Assembly: GCA_023334545.1 (NCBI GenBank)
Contig: JAADVB010000072.1
Coordinates: 8,513 to 72,512 of the forward strand
Origin: Salisapilia sapeloensis CBS 127946
Taxonomy: Eukaryota; Protista; Oomycota
Direction: 5' to 3'
Length of the DNA stretch: 64,000 nucleotides
Below are positions 1 to 11,236 of the stretch, one piece after another. The translations under genes and the position numbers were made by a program. Positions within the stretch are counted from its first letter, which is position 1; every line of letters begins with the position of its first letter. Below the pieces are notes generated by a model. The model saw only the letters and a list, made by a program, of their open reading frames with translations, was not told the DNA's origin and ran no database searches.

Positions 1-411
1 CGCTAGCAAATACGCCGCCTACCATACTTAAAAAAGGGTTGCACTATCCCCCAATACGTCATTTCTCGAACGTTTCGATGAAAATCTCCATTACGATGCG
101 AAGAGGTATCTTGCATGTGGTATGGAGTGAGGAAGCGCATCAGCTTGAAAAGATATTTTTAGATCGACATTCGAACGAGCCGAGAAATCGAACCTACGTT
201 TCTTTTCTTCCAATCCTGAGCGGCGATCATTTTAACACAAGCTTCAGTCGAAACGTGCAGAGAAGAGCGTGAATCAAGTTGTACTTCATCTACCTGTAGC
301 TTCAACTTGTAGCTACTCGACTCTAGCTTCCTCAACCTATATTTCACAAAAGATTGGACATATGCATCCATTTGTACACTAGAGTTGTCAATCTTTATGA
401 TCTAAAGTCAG

Positions 412-445
412 ATTGGTAGATATTCTATTTGCCAACTTGGATTGG
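412..445. promoter_or_regulatory. Two CCAAT boxes (ATTGG at 412-416 and 441-445) upstream of the SRP40-like gene
   Basis: GATTGGTAGA and GATTGGCTGAAA lie 75-110 bp upstream of the ATG at 522 and resemble the oomycete CCAAT-box motif. Function is inferred. Confidence 0.4.
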
Positions 446-521
446 CTGAAATTTAGCCACCATTCAATAAATGCTGACAACAACTGGTCAAACAGGTTCA
501 CGAGTACTTGGTCACTAGAAA

Positions 522-2071
522 ATGGGTAAATCCAAGACCACGAAGCAGGCCTCCAAGGCGGAAAAAGCCTCTGCTACTGCCAACAACACCAATGCATCTT
601 CTGTGCAAGTTGTACCGAGCGATATTCTCCCGTTGATCCACACACTCTTGACAACGGCTGGACTCCAGAAAACCGCTGACACGCTTACGTCTGAAGCGAA
701 GCTGGTACGTTTTTACGATTCCAAAATGAAACCGTGCAATATGCACGAGTCAATGCACTATCTACGCTATGTAAATCGAGCGCATCGTGTAAACAACGTC
801 ACTAATTCGACTACAAATAGACGGTGAAGGCACTAAACTACGATCATGACCTCGTTGCTATCTACAAGGAATACTTGAACAATCATCCGGTCCAAAAATC
901 GGCACCTAAGAAGCAAGAAGAGGATAAAAGCAGTTCATCGTCGTCGGATTCGAGTGATGACGAGGAAGAGTCGAAGCCAAAGCTGGCAAAGGAGACGAAA
1001 TCCCAGTCCAAAGGGGAAAGCTCGTCCTCGGACGATAGTTCCGATTCGTCGGATGAAGAATCTATCCCCAAGAAGCAGGTGAATGGATCTAAAAAACAAA
1101 TACCAGAAAAGAAGGAAGCAGACTCTTCGGATTCGTCCGATTCGTCCGATTCGTCGGATGATGAAGCAGAGCCAAAAAAGCAGAGCAATGGCACGAAAAA
1201 ACAGGAGAAAGAGCTGAACACTTCTAAGAGCGTAAAGCCTGCCTCGAAGGAAGCTAAAAAAGAGGAGTCAGACTCGTCCAGTTCGTCGGACTCTTCCGAT
1301 GACGAGACACCAGCCAAGAAGACGACGACTAAGAATGAATCCAAAGAATCGTCTTCCAGTTCTTCTGAAAGTGAAGATGAAGAAGAAGAAGGACCAAAGA
1401 CCAAAGCAAAAGATGCTAAAAAGCAGGAAGAATCAGACTCTTCCAGCTCTTCTGAAAGTGAAGATGAAGAAGAAGCATCAAAGGCAAAGGTGAAGAATAG
1501 CAAGAAAGAGGAGTCGGACTCTTCGAGTTCATCCGATTCTTCGGATGATGAAGAAGATGAAAAGAAGACTACTGCGTCGAAGAGGAAACAAGAAAGCTCT
1601 TCTTCTTCCTCTTCTGAGTCTGAATCGGAAGATGAAGAACCAGCAAAGAAGAAGCAAAAGGTTGAATCCTCTTCCTCTGAGTCGGAATCATCGTCGGAAT
1701 CCGAGTCGGAAGATGAAGAAAAGTTGGCGAAGCGTTTGAAAAAGGAGGAAGCCAGGAGAAATGAAGCTGCAAAAGCGGCTCTCGAGTGGAAACCGAGCGA
1801 AGTGACGATCAAGCCATCTTCCCACAAGTCAGGTGGAACTCCGTTCAGGAGGGTCGATGGTGACTACTGGAGCACACAGATTGGTCATGACTCGCTTCGG
1901 GATAACAGTTACGCTGGTACGTTTGGCGATGAAGGTGTGGGTCACAAAGCCAACTCGGTGTTGGCAACCGTACGTGGAAAGAACTTTACCAAGGAGAAGA
2001 ACAAGCGAAAGAAATCGACATACATGCACGGTGGCATTTCGATGGAATCGCGGAGTTACAAGTTTGACTAG
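522..2071 (+). CDS. SRP40: SRP40/NOLC1 (Nopp140)-like nucleolar phosphoprotein, 2 exons (522-704, 821-2071)
   Basis: LisH-like N-terminus (ILPLIHTLLTTAGLQKTADTL). Intron 705-820 (GTACGT...ACTAAT...AAATAG) joins ORFs 522 and 824 in frame. Alternating Ser/acidic and Lys-rich blocks. SRP40_C-like tail (PFRRVD...GKNFTKEKNKRKKSTY.GG.I...S.KFD). Confidence 0.88.
910..1720 (+). repeat. Low-complexity coding repeats (S-rich/acidic blocks alternating with K-rich blocks)
   Basis: About ten degenerate SSSSS(D/E)S(S/E)D(D/E)E blocks, including a ttcgtccga-type tandem repeat near 1127-1157. Confidence 0.8.
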
Positions 2072-2654
2072 ATTTTGCATAGAAATTGAAATGTAGCTTT
2101 CAATTGTTTGCTTTCATAATTGGATGGCATTTTTCGAGTATTATCGAGTGGGAGTGCATGCACATGACTGTACGGCAATCAACATTCGATTGGGAGCTTA
2201 CACAAGATGTGTTGAAGCAAAGAGTGCAGACGTGAATTGAAATTTAAGTTGAAACTTGTGTTCTGATCGGGAGTCATGCGAAATGTAGTACATCTAGGAA
2301 GATGACTAGATAACCTGGGTGGTTTCTGCCTGTAGGATGCACCTCTGAGATCTTGATAAAACCTGGTGGGTATGGCGTCCGTTTTGTCGAAGCTGGTCAC
2401 ATACGCGGTAGAGTTTAGGTAGTCATTTGCGACAAAGAAGGCATAGTTTTTCCGTCTATCTTTTATCCAAGGCGGATCAGAAGGTTGAATGGTCTTTTAA
2501 ATTTCCCATTGTTGACTACGTGACATTGTCCCAGCCACCAAAGTAGATAAGTCCTAGTTTTAAGTTTCGGAAACCTTCAAGATTAATGAGTAAAAGAGGA
2601 AGTATCGTCGCAAGTGCGAGCTTAAAAACAAATGCGAAAGATCAAGTTTGCACA

Positions 2655-2662
2655 TACATGTA
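2655..2662. promoter_or_regulatory. TACATGTA palindrome (also at 52616-52623 and 53085-53092)
   Basis: Three intergenic copies of an 8-mer known to be abundant in oomycete non-coding DNA. Enrichment here is weak and was not tested. Confidence 0.3.
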
Positions 2663-3045
2663 TACGAGTACAAGTATCTTTCGCATGCGATAAGTATGTA
2701 TCGAACTGAAGAAGATCGACACACCATAAAAGAAAAGCTAGAGACATGAGTCAAGGTGAAACATGCACGATCTAATGGTAGCCTAGAGCACAGTTGGACA
2801 AACATGACTTAGACTCAAGAAGATGAAAATTTGTACATTTCCATGTCAGAACGAGCGCATGAATGAGATATTCAGGTACAAATGGTAGCGTGTTTAGCTC
2901 GCATATCCATTAAGTAGATCGGTTTCAAGACGACTCTTCAAGATAGAGTTCCATATAATTACAACTACGTTGATATATCGGAAAGTATATTATCGATGAG
3001 GTTTTTACGAGACAAATACATCAATTTGGCAACGCTGTCAAAGGG

Positions 3046-3986
3046 ATGGCGGCGAAGGTACCGGAGACGAATTTGAGCTACGATACGGACGTATATGAGC
3101 CTGCAGAGGACACATACCTATTGCTAGATGCAATCCAGGAAGAATTGCCGTCGCTCGTTTCACTGGACCCATCGATTTGCATTGAAATTGGGTCATGTAT
3201 GCATTTGCATCCATTCTGACTGGTAATTAACCGTGCTGGTCGACGTAGATGCGGTAGTGGGGTCGTGTTTACATATCTTGCGAACGAACTAGCAAAGCGC
3301 GGTGCTTGTCCGATGGTGTTTGCAACGGATGTGAATCCGCTGGCAGCGACGACAGCATGGGATACTGCCCATATAAATCATACGCAGCGATTTGACGTTG
3401 TTCAGTCCAACCTGCTGCAAGCAATGGAACCAAAGATACATGTATTTCCTGTCGTTGTATGCGAAATAGCCATATTGTAATTAACATTTGTAGGGCCAAG
3501 TTGATGTCTTGATTTTCAACCCACCCTACGTACCGACACCAAGCGAAGAAGTCGGCTCCAAGTACGTTTACTCGAACAAAATACCAAACGTTGCTGTAGC
3601 TATGTTGTAGCGGTATCGAAGCGGCGTGGGCTGGCGGCGTCGACGGTCGGGAAGTCATCGACCGACTGCTGCCAAAGCTAAAGGTTTTATAGTATAATAC
3701 ATGCGATGGCCAAAAGGATCTGACGCAATGCAGGACCTCCTCTCACCAACGGGCGTCTTCTACATGGTCGTCGTGGAGGACAACAAGCCGCGGGACATTG
3801 AAGCGAGGTTGAAGTTGGATGGTTTCGACATGACAGTACGAATTGACCAACTCTATCATTGCGTTTTAATACGGCATAAGTATTCAGCACGTGGTGGCAC
3901 CGTACTAGATTGTCAAAGCCACAAAAGCGCGCAACGAAAAGCTTTCAATCCTGCGTTTCCAGCGTCTGGCAAACACCTCTCGCTAG
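3046..3986 (+). CDS. N6AMT1: HemK2/N6AMT1 (Mtq2)-like methyltransferase, 6 exons
   Basis: Spliced protein reads YEPAEDTYLLLDA, EIGCGSG (SAM-binding), TDVNP, IFNPPYVPT (NPPY motif), AWAGGVDGREVIDRLLP, LLSPTGVFYMV, and ends KARNEKLSILRF...*. Short GT-AG introns explain the fragmented ORFs. Confidence 0.9.
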
Positions 3987-4479
3987 CTCTTCGTGGATTG
4001 GCGCATACCGCTCCTAACCGCCCATTCATTGGTCGAAATACACGCTCTCTGCCATTTGGTGATTTGTTACAGCAGACGGTGAGAAAATCAATGTGGTGTT
4101 TTCGAAACTTTTCCATACTTTAAGTAGTACAAAGCGGATTTTGGCCGAAATATCCATCACGTCGGTGTCTGAAAGAAGATAAGTTCGCACGGTACTGCCG
4201 TCGCCAAGCCGGAAAGAAAAAGCAAGTACACCCAGGAGGAAGCACCCTTTTCGCCCTCCGAACGCGTACTTTTAATTCGCTTTGTACAACGACTTGCTGG
4301 ACGAAAGCAAGCAACTCAACGGACCAGACAAAAGCGTCCTATACGTGGAGAATTAGCGTCCAATTTTTCGGGAAAACAAGTGTAAAACGCACCCCTACTG
4401 AACGTAAGGAGAAAGCAACTCACTCCCGCACACTTTCATTACGTTGACGTTCCCGCACACGTTGTAGATATTGCGCACT

Positions 4480-7146
4480 ATGTCTACGTCCAATCCGCGC
4501 GGGAGCATGCGCTTCAACCCTGCCAGTAAGAGTGGACGCCGTGGCCGCGTCAGCAGTCAGGAGATCTCGTCGTCGCACTCGCAAAATGCCGGCAACCTTT
4601 TTGGATCAAGCCCGACGACCGGCCGGAACACGATCTCAGGCGCGAAAGCGGGAGGAGCCTTGTCTAAGGATGAACTTACGGGCGGTCAGAGTGCCGGATT
4701 CGTTGCGAGCAAAACTGGATTTCTCACGAAACGCGCCATGTCGTCCATGGACGCCTTTGCTAATTGGAAGGAGCGCTTTTTCGTGCTGGCGGAAGGACAC
4801 TTGTCCTACTACAAGCAAGGGGGAGGCTTTTTTAATACCGGCAAGGACGACATTGTGCACCTAAAGGGTGAATTGCAGCTGACGCCCGACTCGATTGTCC
4901 GGAAGAGCGGGATTGACGACAAAGCCAACGTCTTTGAGGTGATCACACCGTCAAAGAAGATGTTTGCACAGGCGAGCACGGCAAAAGAAACGGAGGATTG
5001 GATCAAGAGCATCTGGAGTCACATCAATGCGATGAAGAAACCGTCTCCTGGTGCTGGTGGCAGAAGAAATAGTTTCCAGGAAGTCGCAGCTGCGATTGGA
5101 TCCAATGCAAATGCCAATTTGAGCTCTTCGAACGGCCCGACGGAAGATTACTCTCGTCCGAGCATGTTGGAAGACCACGAAATCGTTCGTGGAGCAGACA
5201 ATTCAACTGACCCGAAGGATGTGGTCATTAAACAGCTTTTGGAAGAGAACAGGCAATTGCGTGAGCAGTTGGCGATGAAAGATCAGGTCATTCATAGTCT
5301 CGAGACCGGTGAGCGCGGCGACACGAATGGAGGACTGACGGGGGCTCCTTCGAAGCTGCGATCATCTGCGCCACAGATGATTTTGGACTTGCGTGATGTT
5401 AAAAAGAAGCAGTTCCAACTCTTTGACGCGGCAGAAGTGGGTAACGCTCATTTAATAGCAACTCTGCTCCGCGACAATGTCGTCGATGTGAATGGTGTGG
5501 GCATGAACCAGACGACTGCTTTACACTTGGCGGCGAGCATGAACCATCCAAAGGTGGTTCGAGAGCTCCTTGCTCGAGGAGCAGACACGAGTGCAAAGAA
5601 CGGAGATAGCTACACAGCGTTGCATCTTGCGTCAAAGGCTGGTAATACGGAATGCGTTGATGAATTATTGAATGCGAATGCGGACCCGAATGCAACTGAT
5701 TACCAAGGCAATGGAGCGATCCACATGGCTGCAGAAATTGGCAACATCCCGATCTGCAAGCAGTTGATGGCACGTGGTGCTCGCACAGATGCTGCGAACG
5801 CCCAAGGTTCTCTACCTGTTCACTTGTCACCAATCGGTCACCCGATTCGTGTCTTGCTCGGTAGCAAGTCGGACTTGGCAGACGCGACGAATCCGTCTCA
5901 GCCACCAAAGCCGCGAGGTGACAGTCGCGAAGGAAATGACACGGAAGTCAGTCATATTGCTTTCAAGAACAAGTACCAGCAAGATCTAGCCTTGGGACCT
6001 CGCGACTTTGAGTTCATTAAAGTCCTCGGTCGTGGTGCGTTTGCCAAGGTCTACTTGGTTCGTGGCAAGGGTTCCAACCGTGATAACTGGTACGCTCTGA
6101 AAGCGTACAACAAGCAGGGTATCGTTCAGAAGAACCAGGCGCAGTACATTTTGACGGAGAAAGCAGCGCTACAAGCTTGCTCCGACCATCCGTACATTGT
6201 GACGTTGTACTATGCGTTCCAGTCGCAAGACCGACTGTTCCTTGTGATGGACTATTGCGGTGGTGGAGACTTGCTGTCGTCCTTGACTCGACGCAAGTCG
6301 TTCACGGAATCCGAAGCTGCGTTTTACATTGGTGAAATCGCTCTAGCCTTGTCCCACTTGCACTCGAAGAACATTGTCTTCCGCGATCTCAAGCCAGAGA
6401 ACGTGGTCATGGATCTAGATGGTCACTGTCTCCTGACGGACTTTGGTATCTCAAAGGAAGGCATTAAGGACCACACGTCCGCGAACACGTTCTGTGGATC
6501 GCCCATGTACCTCGCGCCGGAGATGCTATCGCGAAGTGGACATGGCTTTGCGTTGGACTGGTACTCTGTCGGTGCGCTTTTGTTTGAGCTGCTGACTGGT
6601 CTTCCTCCGTTCTACACGAACGACAAGAAGCAGTTGTTCCACAACATCCTTCGTGGCCAGTTGCAGATCCCAGAGTACTTGTCCCCGAACGCTCGAGACT
6701 TGATCCAGCGTCTGCTGCACCGAGACCCGAAGCAGCGACTCGGATCCGGTCCGAGTGGCGACCGAGAGATCTTTGAGCACCCGTTCTTCTCTGGTGTCGA
6801 CTGGGAGCGCATGAAGCGACGAGAACTGTCGCCTCCGTTCCGACCGAAGATCAAGTCGGACCCTTCTGGCATCCCGGACACATCCAACTTCCCGCAGACG
6901 TTCACGGAGCAAGAGATCTCCGACATGGAGCGTGGTGTCGCTGCGCCTCCTGGCCCGCAAGGTCAACAGATTGAGCGTTCGAATTCGAATGTGAAGAAGG
7001 AAGCGCGCTTGTTCCAAGGCTTTGACTTTGCTCCCGACTCGGAGCTGGATAAGGACGCGAAACAGTTTGAACGCCTAGCGCTGGAGACGAGCTACAAGGA
7101 CTTGCCGCCTCCAGAACTCAAGGAAACGGATGAGTTTGCCATTTGA
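4480..7146 (+). CDS. PH domain + coiled coil + ankyrin repeats + AGC (Akt/SGK/S6K-like) Ser/Thr kinase
   Basis: PH: KTGFLTKR...WKERFFVL...EDWIKSI. Four to five ANK repeats (TALHLAA). Kinase motifs GRGAFAKV, ALK, FRDLKPEN, DFG, TFCGSPMYLAPE. AGC C-tail PPFRP...DTSNF...FQGFDF. First ATG at 4480. Confidence 0.93.
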   Translation: MSTSNPRGSMRFNPASKSGRRGRVSSQEISSSHSQNAGNLFGSSPTTGRNTISGAKAGGALSKDELTGGQSAGFVASKTGFLTKRAMSSMDAFANWKERFFVLAEGHLSYYKQGGGFFNTGKDDIVHLKGELQLTPDSIVRKSGIDDKANVFEVITPSKKMFAQASTAKETEDWIKSIWSHINAMKKPSPGAGGRRNSFQEVAAAIGSNANANLSSSNGPTEDYSRPSMLEDHEIVRGADNSTDPKDVVIKQLLEENRQLREQLAMKDQVIHSLETGERGDTNGGLTGAPSKLRSSAPQMILDLRDVKKKQFQLFDAAEVGNAHLIATLLRDNVVDVNGVGMNQTTALHLAASMNHPKVVRELLARGADTSAKNGDSYTALHLASKAGNTECVDELLNANADPNATDYQGNGAIHMAAEIGNIPICKQLMARGARTDAANAQGSLPVHLSPIGHPIRVLLGSKSDLADATNPSQPPKPRGDSREGNDTEVSHIAFKNKYQQDLALGPRDFEFIKVLGRGAFAKVYLVRGKGSNRDNWYALKAYNKQGIVQKNQAQYILTEKAALQACSDHPYIVTLYYAFQSQDRLFLVMDYCGGGDLLSSLTRRKSFTESEAAFYIGEIALALSHLHSKNIVFRDLKPENVVMDLDGHCLLTDFGISKEGIKDHTSANTFCGSPMYLAPEMLSRSGHGFALDWYSVGALLFELLTGLPPFYTNDKKQLFHNILRGQLQIPEYLSPNARDLIQRLLHRDPKQRLGSGPSGDREIFEHPFFSGVDWERMKRRELSPPFRPKIKSDPSGIPDTSNFPQTFTEQEISDMERGVAAPPGPQGQQIERSNSNVKKEARLFQGFDFAPDSELDKDAKQFERLALETSYKDLPPPELKETDEFAI

Positions 7147-7299
7147 GCCTTCTTTTGTACGTCAAATGGAAAGACAGAAGGATGCATTTTTCTTTTTTTC
7201 TCAAGTTTCGACAAGATGAACATGGACATTTTACTTGCTTGTTTCTTTCTTTTGTTGGAATCGATTGACACCATGAGAACATTCAAGGGTGTATTAAAG

Positions 7300-9198
7300 T
7301 TAAAGCACGTGCAGACCACCGCTTTCCAAAATACTACGCTGCTTGGCCTGGTTCTTCTTGTACCCCGCGAAGACGAAACCACCCGCAGCGACCACCACGC
7401 CGACGACGATCACACCGGCGATGCCGGCTGGGGATAAACCGCTGCTCGCCGATGCGGCGCCAGACTGGTTGTTTACGTTGTTCGTCGGCGTGTCCTCCGA
7501 TGGAGACGGAGCTGATGTCTCCGGCTTCTTGGCGTTCGTGAAATGATCGTCGTCGCCTTGAGACGCCCCCGTCACCTTGCCTTGGTCCTGGTTGCCGTCC
7601 ATGGCAGCCGGAACGACTCCGCCTGGCGAAGCAGACTCGTCGTCCTTGGACGAAACTGGCTTGTCTCCAGTGGACGAAGCTGGCTTGCCAATGCTGGCGG
7701 AACCTTGGCTTGACGACTTGGACGTCGACGGGTCCTCCGCCTGCGAGAACGTTGGCGTATCGGCCGTGGACGGAGCTTTCGTCGTCGGCTTGGGCGTGCT
7801 AGCGGCACTAGCAGAGCTTTGCGACGGAGGACTGGCGTTCGTGCCTTCCAGAGAGCCTGGTTGGGACGCCAGTGCTGGAGATGGCGTTAAGACAGACTGC
7901 TTCGGAGGAGTCTGAGCTGGCGCGGAAGACTCTTCCGTCTCGGGACTAGCGTTTTCCTCTTCTTTAGCTGGAGCCGTCGTCGACGGTGCCGGTGTCTGCT
8001 CACCGTCGCCCTCCGTCGGATTCTGGTACATACTCGCACCGTCTTCATTCACAGGGTCTTCAGCCGGCTTTGCAGCCGATCCAGTCCCTGGGGCAGCAGC
8101 ACCCGCAGAGCCAGCATTCGTAGCGGCCGCATTGTCCACCGCTGCACCAGGCACTGGCGTGGCAGCAGGCACAGCTCCCGCCGGATCAGCCCCGTCAAGA
8201 GTATCGCCTTCGCTTCCTTGCTCCGAAACAGGAATTTCGGCAGTCGGATCGGTAACTTCGGCTGCAGCTGGCTCTGCGCCTTCAGGTGCCGCGCCCTGAT
8301 TTCCTTCATCCAGAGCGGAAACCTCAGTATTTTGACTGGAAACCTCGGCTGCGTTGGGCGTCGCATCACTGTCGTTGGCGGTCGATTCCGAAGAAACAGC
8401 TGCGCTCGCGGTAGTCTCGTCTTCCTCTGGCGGCTTTGCGTCCGTCGCCTCTTCCTCCGCCTTGACGAGCGTAATGAAGCCAGCGTAGACTTCGTTTGCC
8501 CGGCTCTCGAGTGGTACAGACGCTTCAACCTCTTGGAAGTAGTTTTCTTGGCCTTGTTCCACGCACATGGCGTTCGCACCGATGGTGCCGTCCGGGCACA
8601 TCTTGGTTGGCGATCCGAACTTGTACCATGCCGAGCCATCGCTGGCAGCATCGAAGGCGCAGACGATGCCGGTCGTCACACTGTCGTGACTGCAGACAGA
8701 GTAGCTGCAACCGACCTTCTTGGCAGCGGCCCAGACGACTTGCGAGTACGAGTTCTGAAAGCCTTCTCCGACTGGGTCGCCCGTGGCTTTCGGTGCTGGC
8801 AAGTCCGCCAACGTCGACTGGGCAGTGTTCTTGACCCATTCGTCGATGGCATTGTCCACGGCAGTAGCCGGGTCAAAGCCTTCTGTCGGCTGTTGATGGT
8901 ACAGGAAGCCAGGCTCGAACGTTGTGCCTTCCAAGAGTGGTTCGCAGGTGGTAGGCGCTTTTTCAGCAGCGGTGGCTGCAAGTGCGTCATCCCACACGAG
9001 TTGGTTCATGTTCGCCGCCGAGTAGGGGAGACCGGCGACTCGGAAGAAGGAGAAGCGGTCCAGCCATAACATTTGCTGGTCTTCCGAGAAACCTGGGCTA
9101 TCTTGTAGCTTCCGAAGGGCGTGGTTGTCATCTTTCGCAGAGACGCTGTTGACTGCGAGGGCAGTCGCTAGAACGGCTGCGAAGCCTCCGACGTGCAT
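7300..9198 (-). CDS. Type I membrane protein: signal peptide + CAP/SCP (PR-1-like) domain + long A/P/S/T/E-rich stalk + TM + short tail
   Basis: Signal peptide MHVGGFAAVLATALAVNSVSA. CAP features: MNQLVWDDALAATA, AIDEW, YSQVVWAAAKKVGCSYSVC...VCAF. TM GIAGVIVVGVVVAAGGFVFAGY followed by KK. Confidence 0.85.
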   Translation of the reverse strand: MHVGGFAAVLATALAVNSVSAKDDNHALRKLQDSPGFSEDQQMLWLDRFSFFRVAGLPYSAANMNQLVWDDALAATAAEKAPTTCEPLLEGTTFEPGFLYHQQPTEGFDPATAVDNAIDEWVKNTAQSTLADLPAPKATGDPVGEGFQNSYSQVVWAAAKKVGCSYSVCSHDSVTTGIVCAFDAASDGSAWYKFGSPTKMCPDGTIGANAMCVEQGQENYFQEVEASVPLESRANEVYAGFITLVKAEEEATDAKPPEEDETTASAAVSSESTANDSDATPNAAEVSSQNTEVSALDEGNQGAAPEGAEPAAAEVTDPTAEIPVSEQGSEGDTLDGADPAGAVPAATPVPGAAVDNAAATNAGSAGAAAPGTGSAAKPAEDPVNEDGASMYQNPTEGDGEQTPAPSTTAPAKEEENASPETEESSAPAQTPPKQSVLTPSPALASQPGSLEGTNASPPSQSSASAASTPKPTTKAPSTADTPTFSQAEDPSTSKSSSQGSASIGKPASSTGDKPVSSKDDESASPGGVVPAAMDGNQDQGKVTGASQGDDDHFTNAKKPETSAPSPSEDTPTNNVNNQSGAASASSGLSPAGIAGVIVVGVVVAAGGFVFAGYKKNQAKQRSILESGGLHVL

Positions 9199-9512
9199 TT
9201 TGCTTACGTTGGTGTAGCGGAAAATAAGAGACTGGCGTGATGCTCAGTGCTGCCACTTCGTCACCAGCCTGTGTGGCGGAAGAGGTATAGCATGTGGACA
9301 GTCGAGTTGACCAATTGTGACTGGATAAGCGGGCGAGCGGAAGTGTTCCAACCAGATAGGAAGGAAGCTGATTCATGATGAAAAGCAGCTGGTTCAGAAG
9401 AAATCGAGCTGGCAGCCACGTGGAAAGAATAGAGTACATCTCTGTCTTTTCTTATCACAGGAAGACGTTGAAACGTGGGCATGGGATTTATTCTCGGAGC
9501 ATTTAATTAAAA

Positions 9513-9893
9513 ATGGAATACTTGGAGCACGCGTCGGAAGTGCGGTTTTCTGGACTCCAGACGTGCGACGACAGCGACTCGGATGAGATTGTGGATGAAG
9601 ACGCCGAGCTGGAACTGTCTTGTGCGTTGCAAGACTTGACGACACAGATTAAAACATTTGAAGTGAATATGCAACACCGTTTCCTGCAAAGCGCAGATGA
9701 AATGGAGGACGAAATTGATGAGGACATCCCCGAAGAGAAAGATGCAGTTGGTACAAAGGAAAATAATGAAGAGAAAGAAAAGTGGGATGAAGAAAGTGAG
9801 ACGAAGGAACTGACTGCGCTTCAGAAGAGCATTCGGCAACTACTTTACGGCATTAAGAAAGAGGCCAAGGCATTGGATCAAGATAATCAATAA
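9513..9893 (+). CDS. Small acidic hypothetical protein (126 aa)
   Basis: ATG-initiated ORF with gene-like codon usage, D/E-rich with helical segments. No family recognised. Confidence 0.6.
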   Translation: MEYLEHASEVRFSGLQTCDDSDSDEIVDEDAELELSCALQDLTTQIKTFEVNMQHRFLQSADEMEDEIDEDIPEEKDAVGTKENNEEKEKWDEESETKELTALQKSIRQLLYGIKKEAKALDQDNQ

Positions 9894-9953
9894 AAATTGC
9901 ATCCATTGTTACAATTTCGTCGCAATTCCTACAAAAAGTGAACGAAAGATAGC

Positions 9954-10928
9954 TTAATCGTCTTGCGCCTGAAGATACGCTAGTAACCGCTCTTGCAACT
10001 CGAGCTCCTGTTGGCGCAACTCGTTGTCTCGTATGCGCTGGCGTTCATCCAGTCGCTGCTTTTGTTCCATTAGCTCTAGAACGCGTTTCCTGAACTCTTC
10101 ACTGCTCAAACCTTGACTCTCGTCCTCTCCATCCTTCTTACGACGCTTCACATTCTCTCGACGGTCACTCGGCGCATCTTCGTCATCCTGCCCATTCTCG
10201 TTTTCATTTTTGGCCGCTCGTATTGAGGCTGCCGTCCTGGCACCCACTTTGGCTTCTGAAGTCTGCGTAAGCATCTTGTGAAAGTCTGCAAGTAGTTTCC
10301 GTCGCTCGATGTTGAGTTCGTCTGCTTCGTTTTTGGTTATCTTGGACAATTCTCCGTGACTAAAGGACTTGAGCAACGTCTGAATGCGATCCCTAAGAAA
10401 GAAAATGAGGAAGAGTGAGCCAGGTCTGTCAAAAATTGAGAGCTAGACTGAATTTTTAGTCCTAGAGTAGATCGTCTTCGAATGGTGAGAAATTCTCTGG
10501 ACAGACCACCAATTTAATATATTGACCGACGTCCTGTCAATTTTGATGCGACTTATGTGAAGACGAGAGCATATGCAATGTGGAGAGGATAGAGATTTTC
10601 GAATTAGATAGGTGAATACGCACCGGCATGTATACCAGGAGAAGGACGACGGGTCGCCTGTGAGTCGAGTCGACAGCGCCTGAGCTACCATTTCCCACAC
10701 CTGAATGCGAGTGCCGTGTCGAGCCAGATAAGGGTTGTTCTCTCGCAGCACCTGTAGCAGAACAATGTCCATGGCGCTAGTGAACTTTGCGTATTTGCCA
10801 CGAGGGGTGCCCGAGGCGCTACTACCTCTTTTGCGTTTCCCACTGTTTGCTGGAGCACTTTCGCTCATGTTGGTAGATAAAATAGTGTTCATATTGGCGT
10901 TGGCCATCATGTTCTGCTCCTCCGACAT
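9954..10928 (-). CDS. Myb/SANT-like DNA-binding domain + coiled-coil protein, 2 exons (10928-10624, 10392-9954)
   Basis: NLS-like GKRKR and the pattern FTSAMDIVLLQVLRENNPY...WEMVAQAL...C-R|DRIQTLL. Intron 10393-10623 (GTGTAT...TTTCTTAG) joins the two ORFs in frame. C-terminal coiled coil. Confidence 0.7.
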
Positions 10929-11134
10929 TACAATTACGTTGTGATAGCGAACCGAGGCGCCCGTCCTCGTGCCCTCTCTGGCGTCAATGCCTTTCGCTGC
11001 TCGACCATTACGTCTTGCTTTATCTGTGTGTATACTATGCGAAATTGTATGGTAAAATTGCAACTATTGTGGATCATTCGCTGATGGATTTCATTTGAAT
11101 TTGTCATACGCGTATCAACATCGAACCTTTTTCA

Positions 11135-11229
11135 CCAATCAAATGTACATAAACTGATATCTATCCAATCAGAACAAGGTCCAAGACAACAAAACAAAAC
11201 AATAAAGTCCAACGCCCGTCGGAACCAAT
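11135..11229. promoter_or_regulatory. Three CCAAT boxes in a head-to-head promoter (Myb-like gene / MYG1)
   Basis: CCAATC at 11135, 11165 and 11225 within the 308-bp gap between divergent start codons. Confidence 0.45.
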
Positions 11230-11236
11230 CGAAGAG

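Noticed and set aside
1-371. Possible 5' exon of a minus-strand gene (MIAAQDWKKRN then GTAGGT) sharing the SRP40 promoter
   Set aside because: No convincing in-frame continuation inside the window; cannot be supported.
883-1827. Long antisense ORF (314 aa) opposite SRP40, and similar shadow ORFs (8218-9069, 55286-56518, 11747-12427, 45940-46443)
   Set aside because: They are reverse-strand shadows of low-complexity or GC3-rich real genes and have no recognisable motifs.
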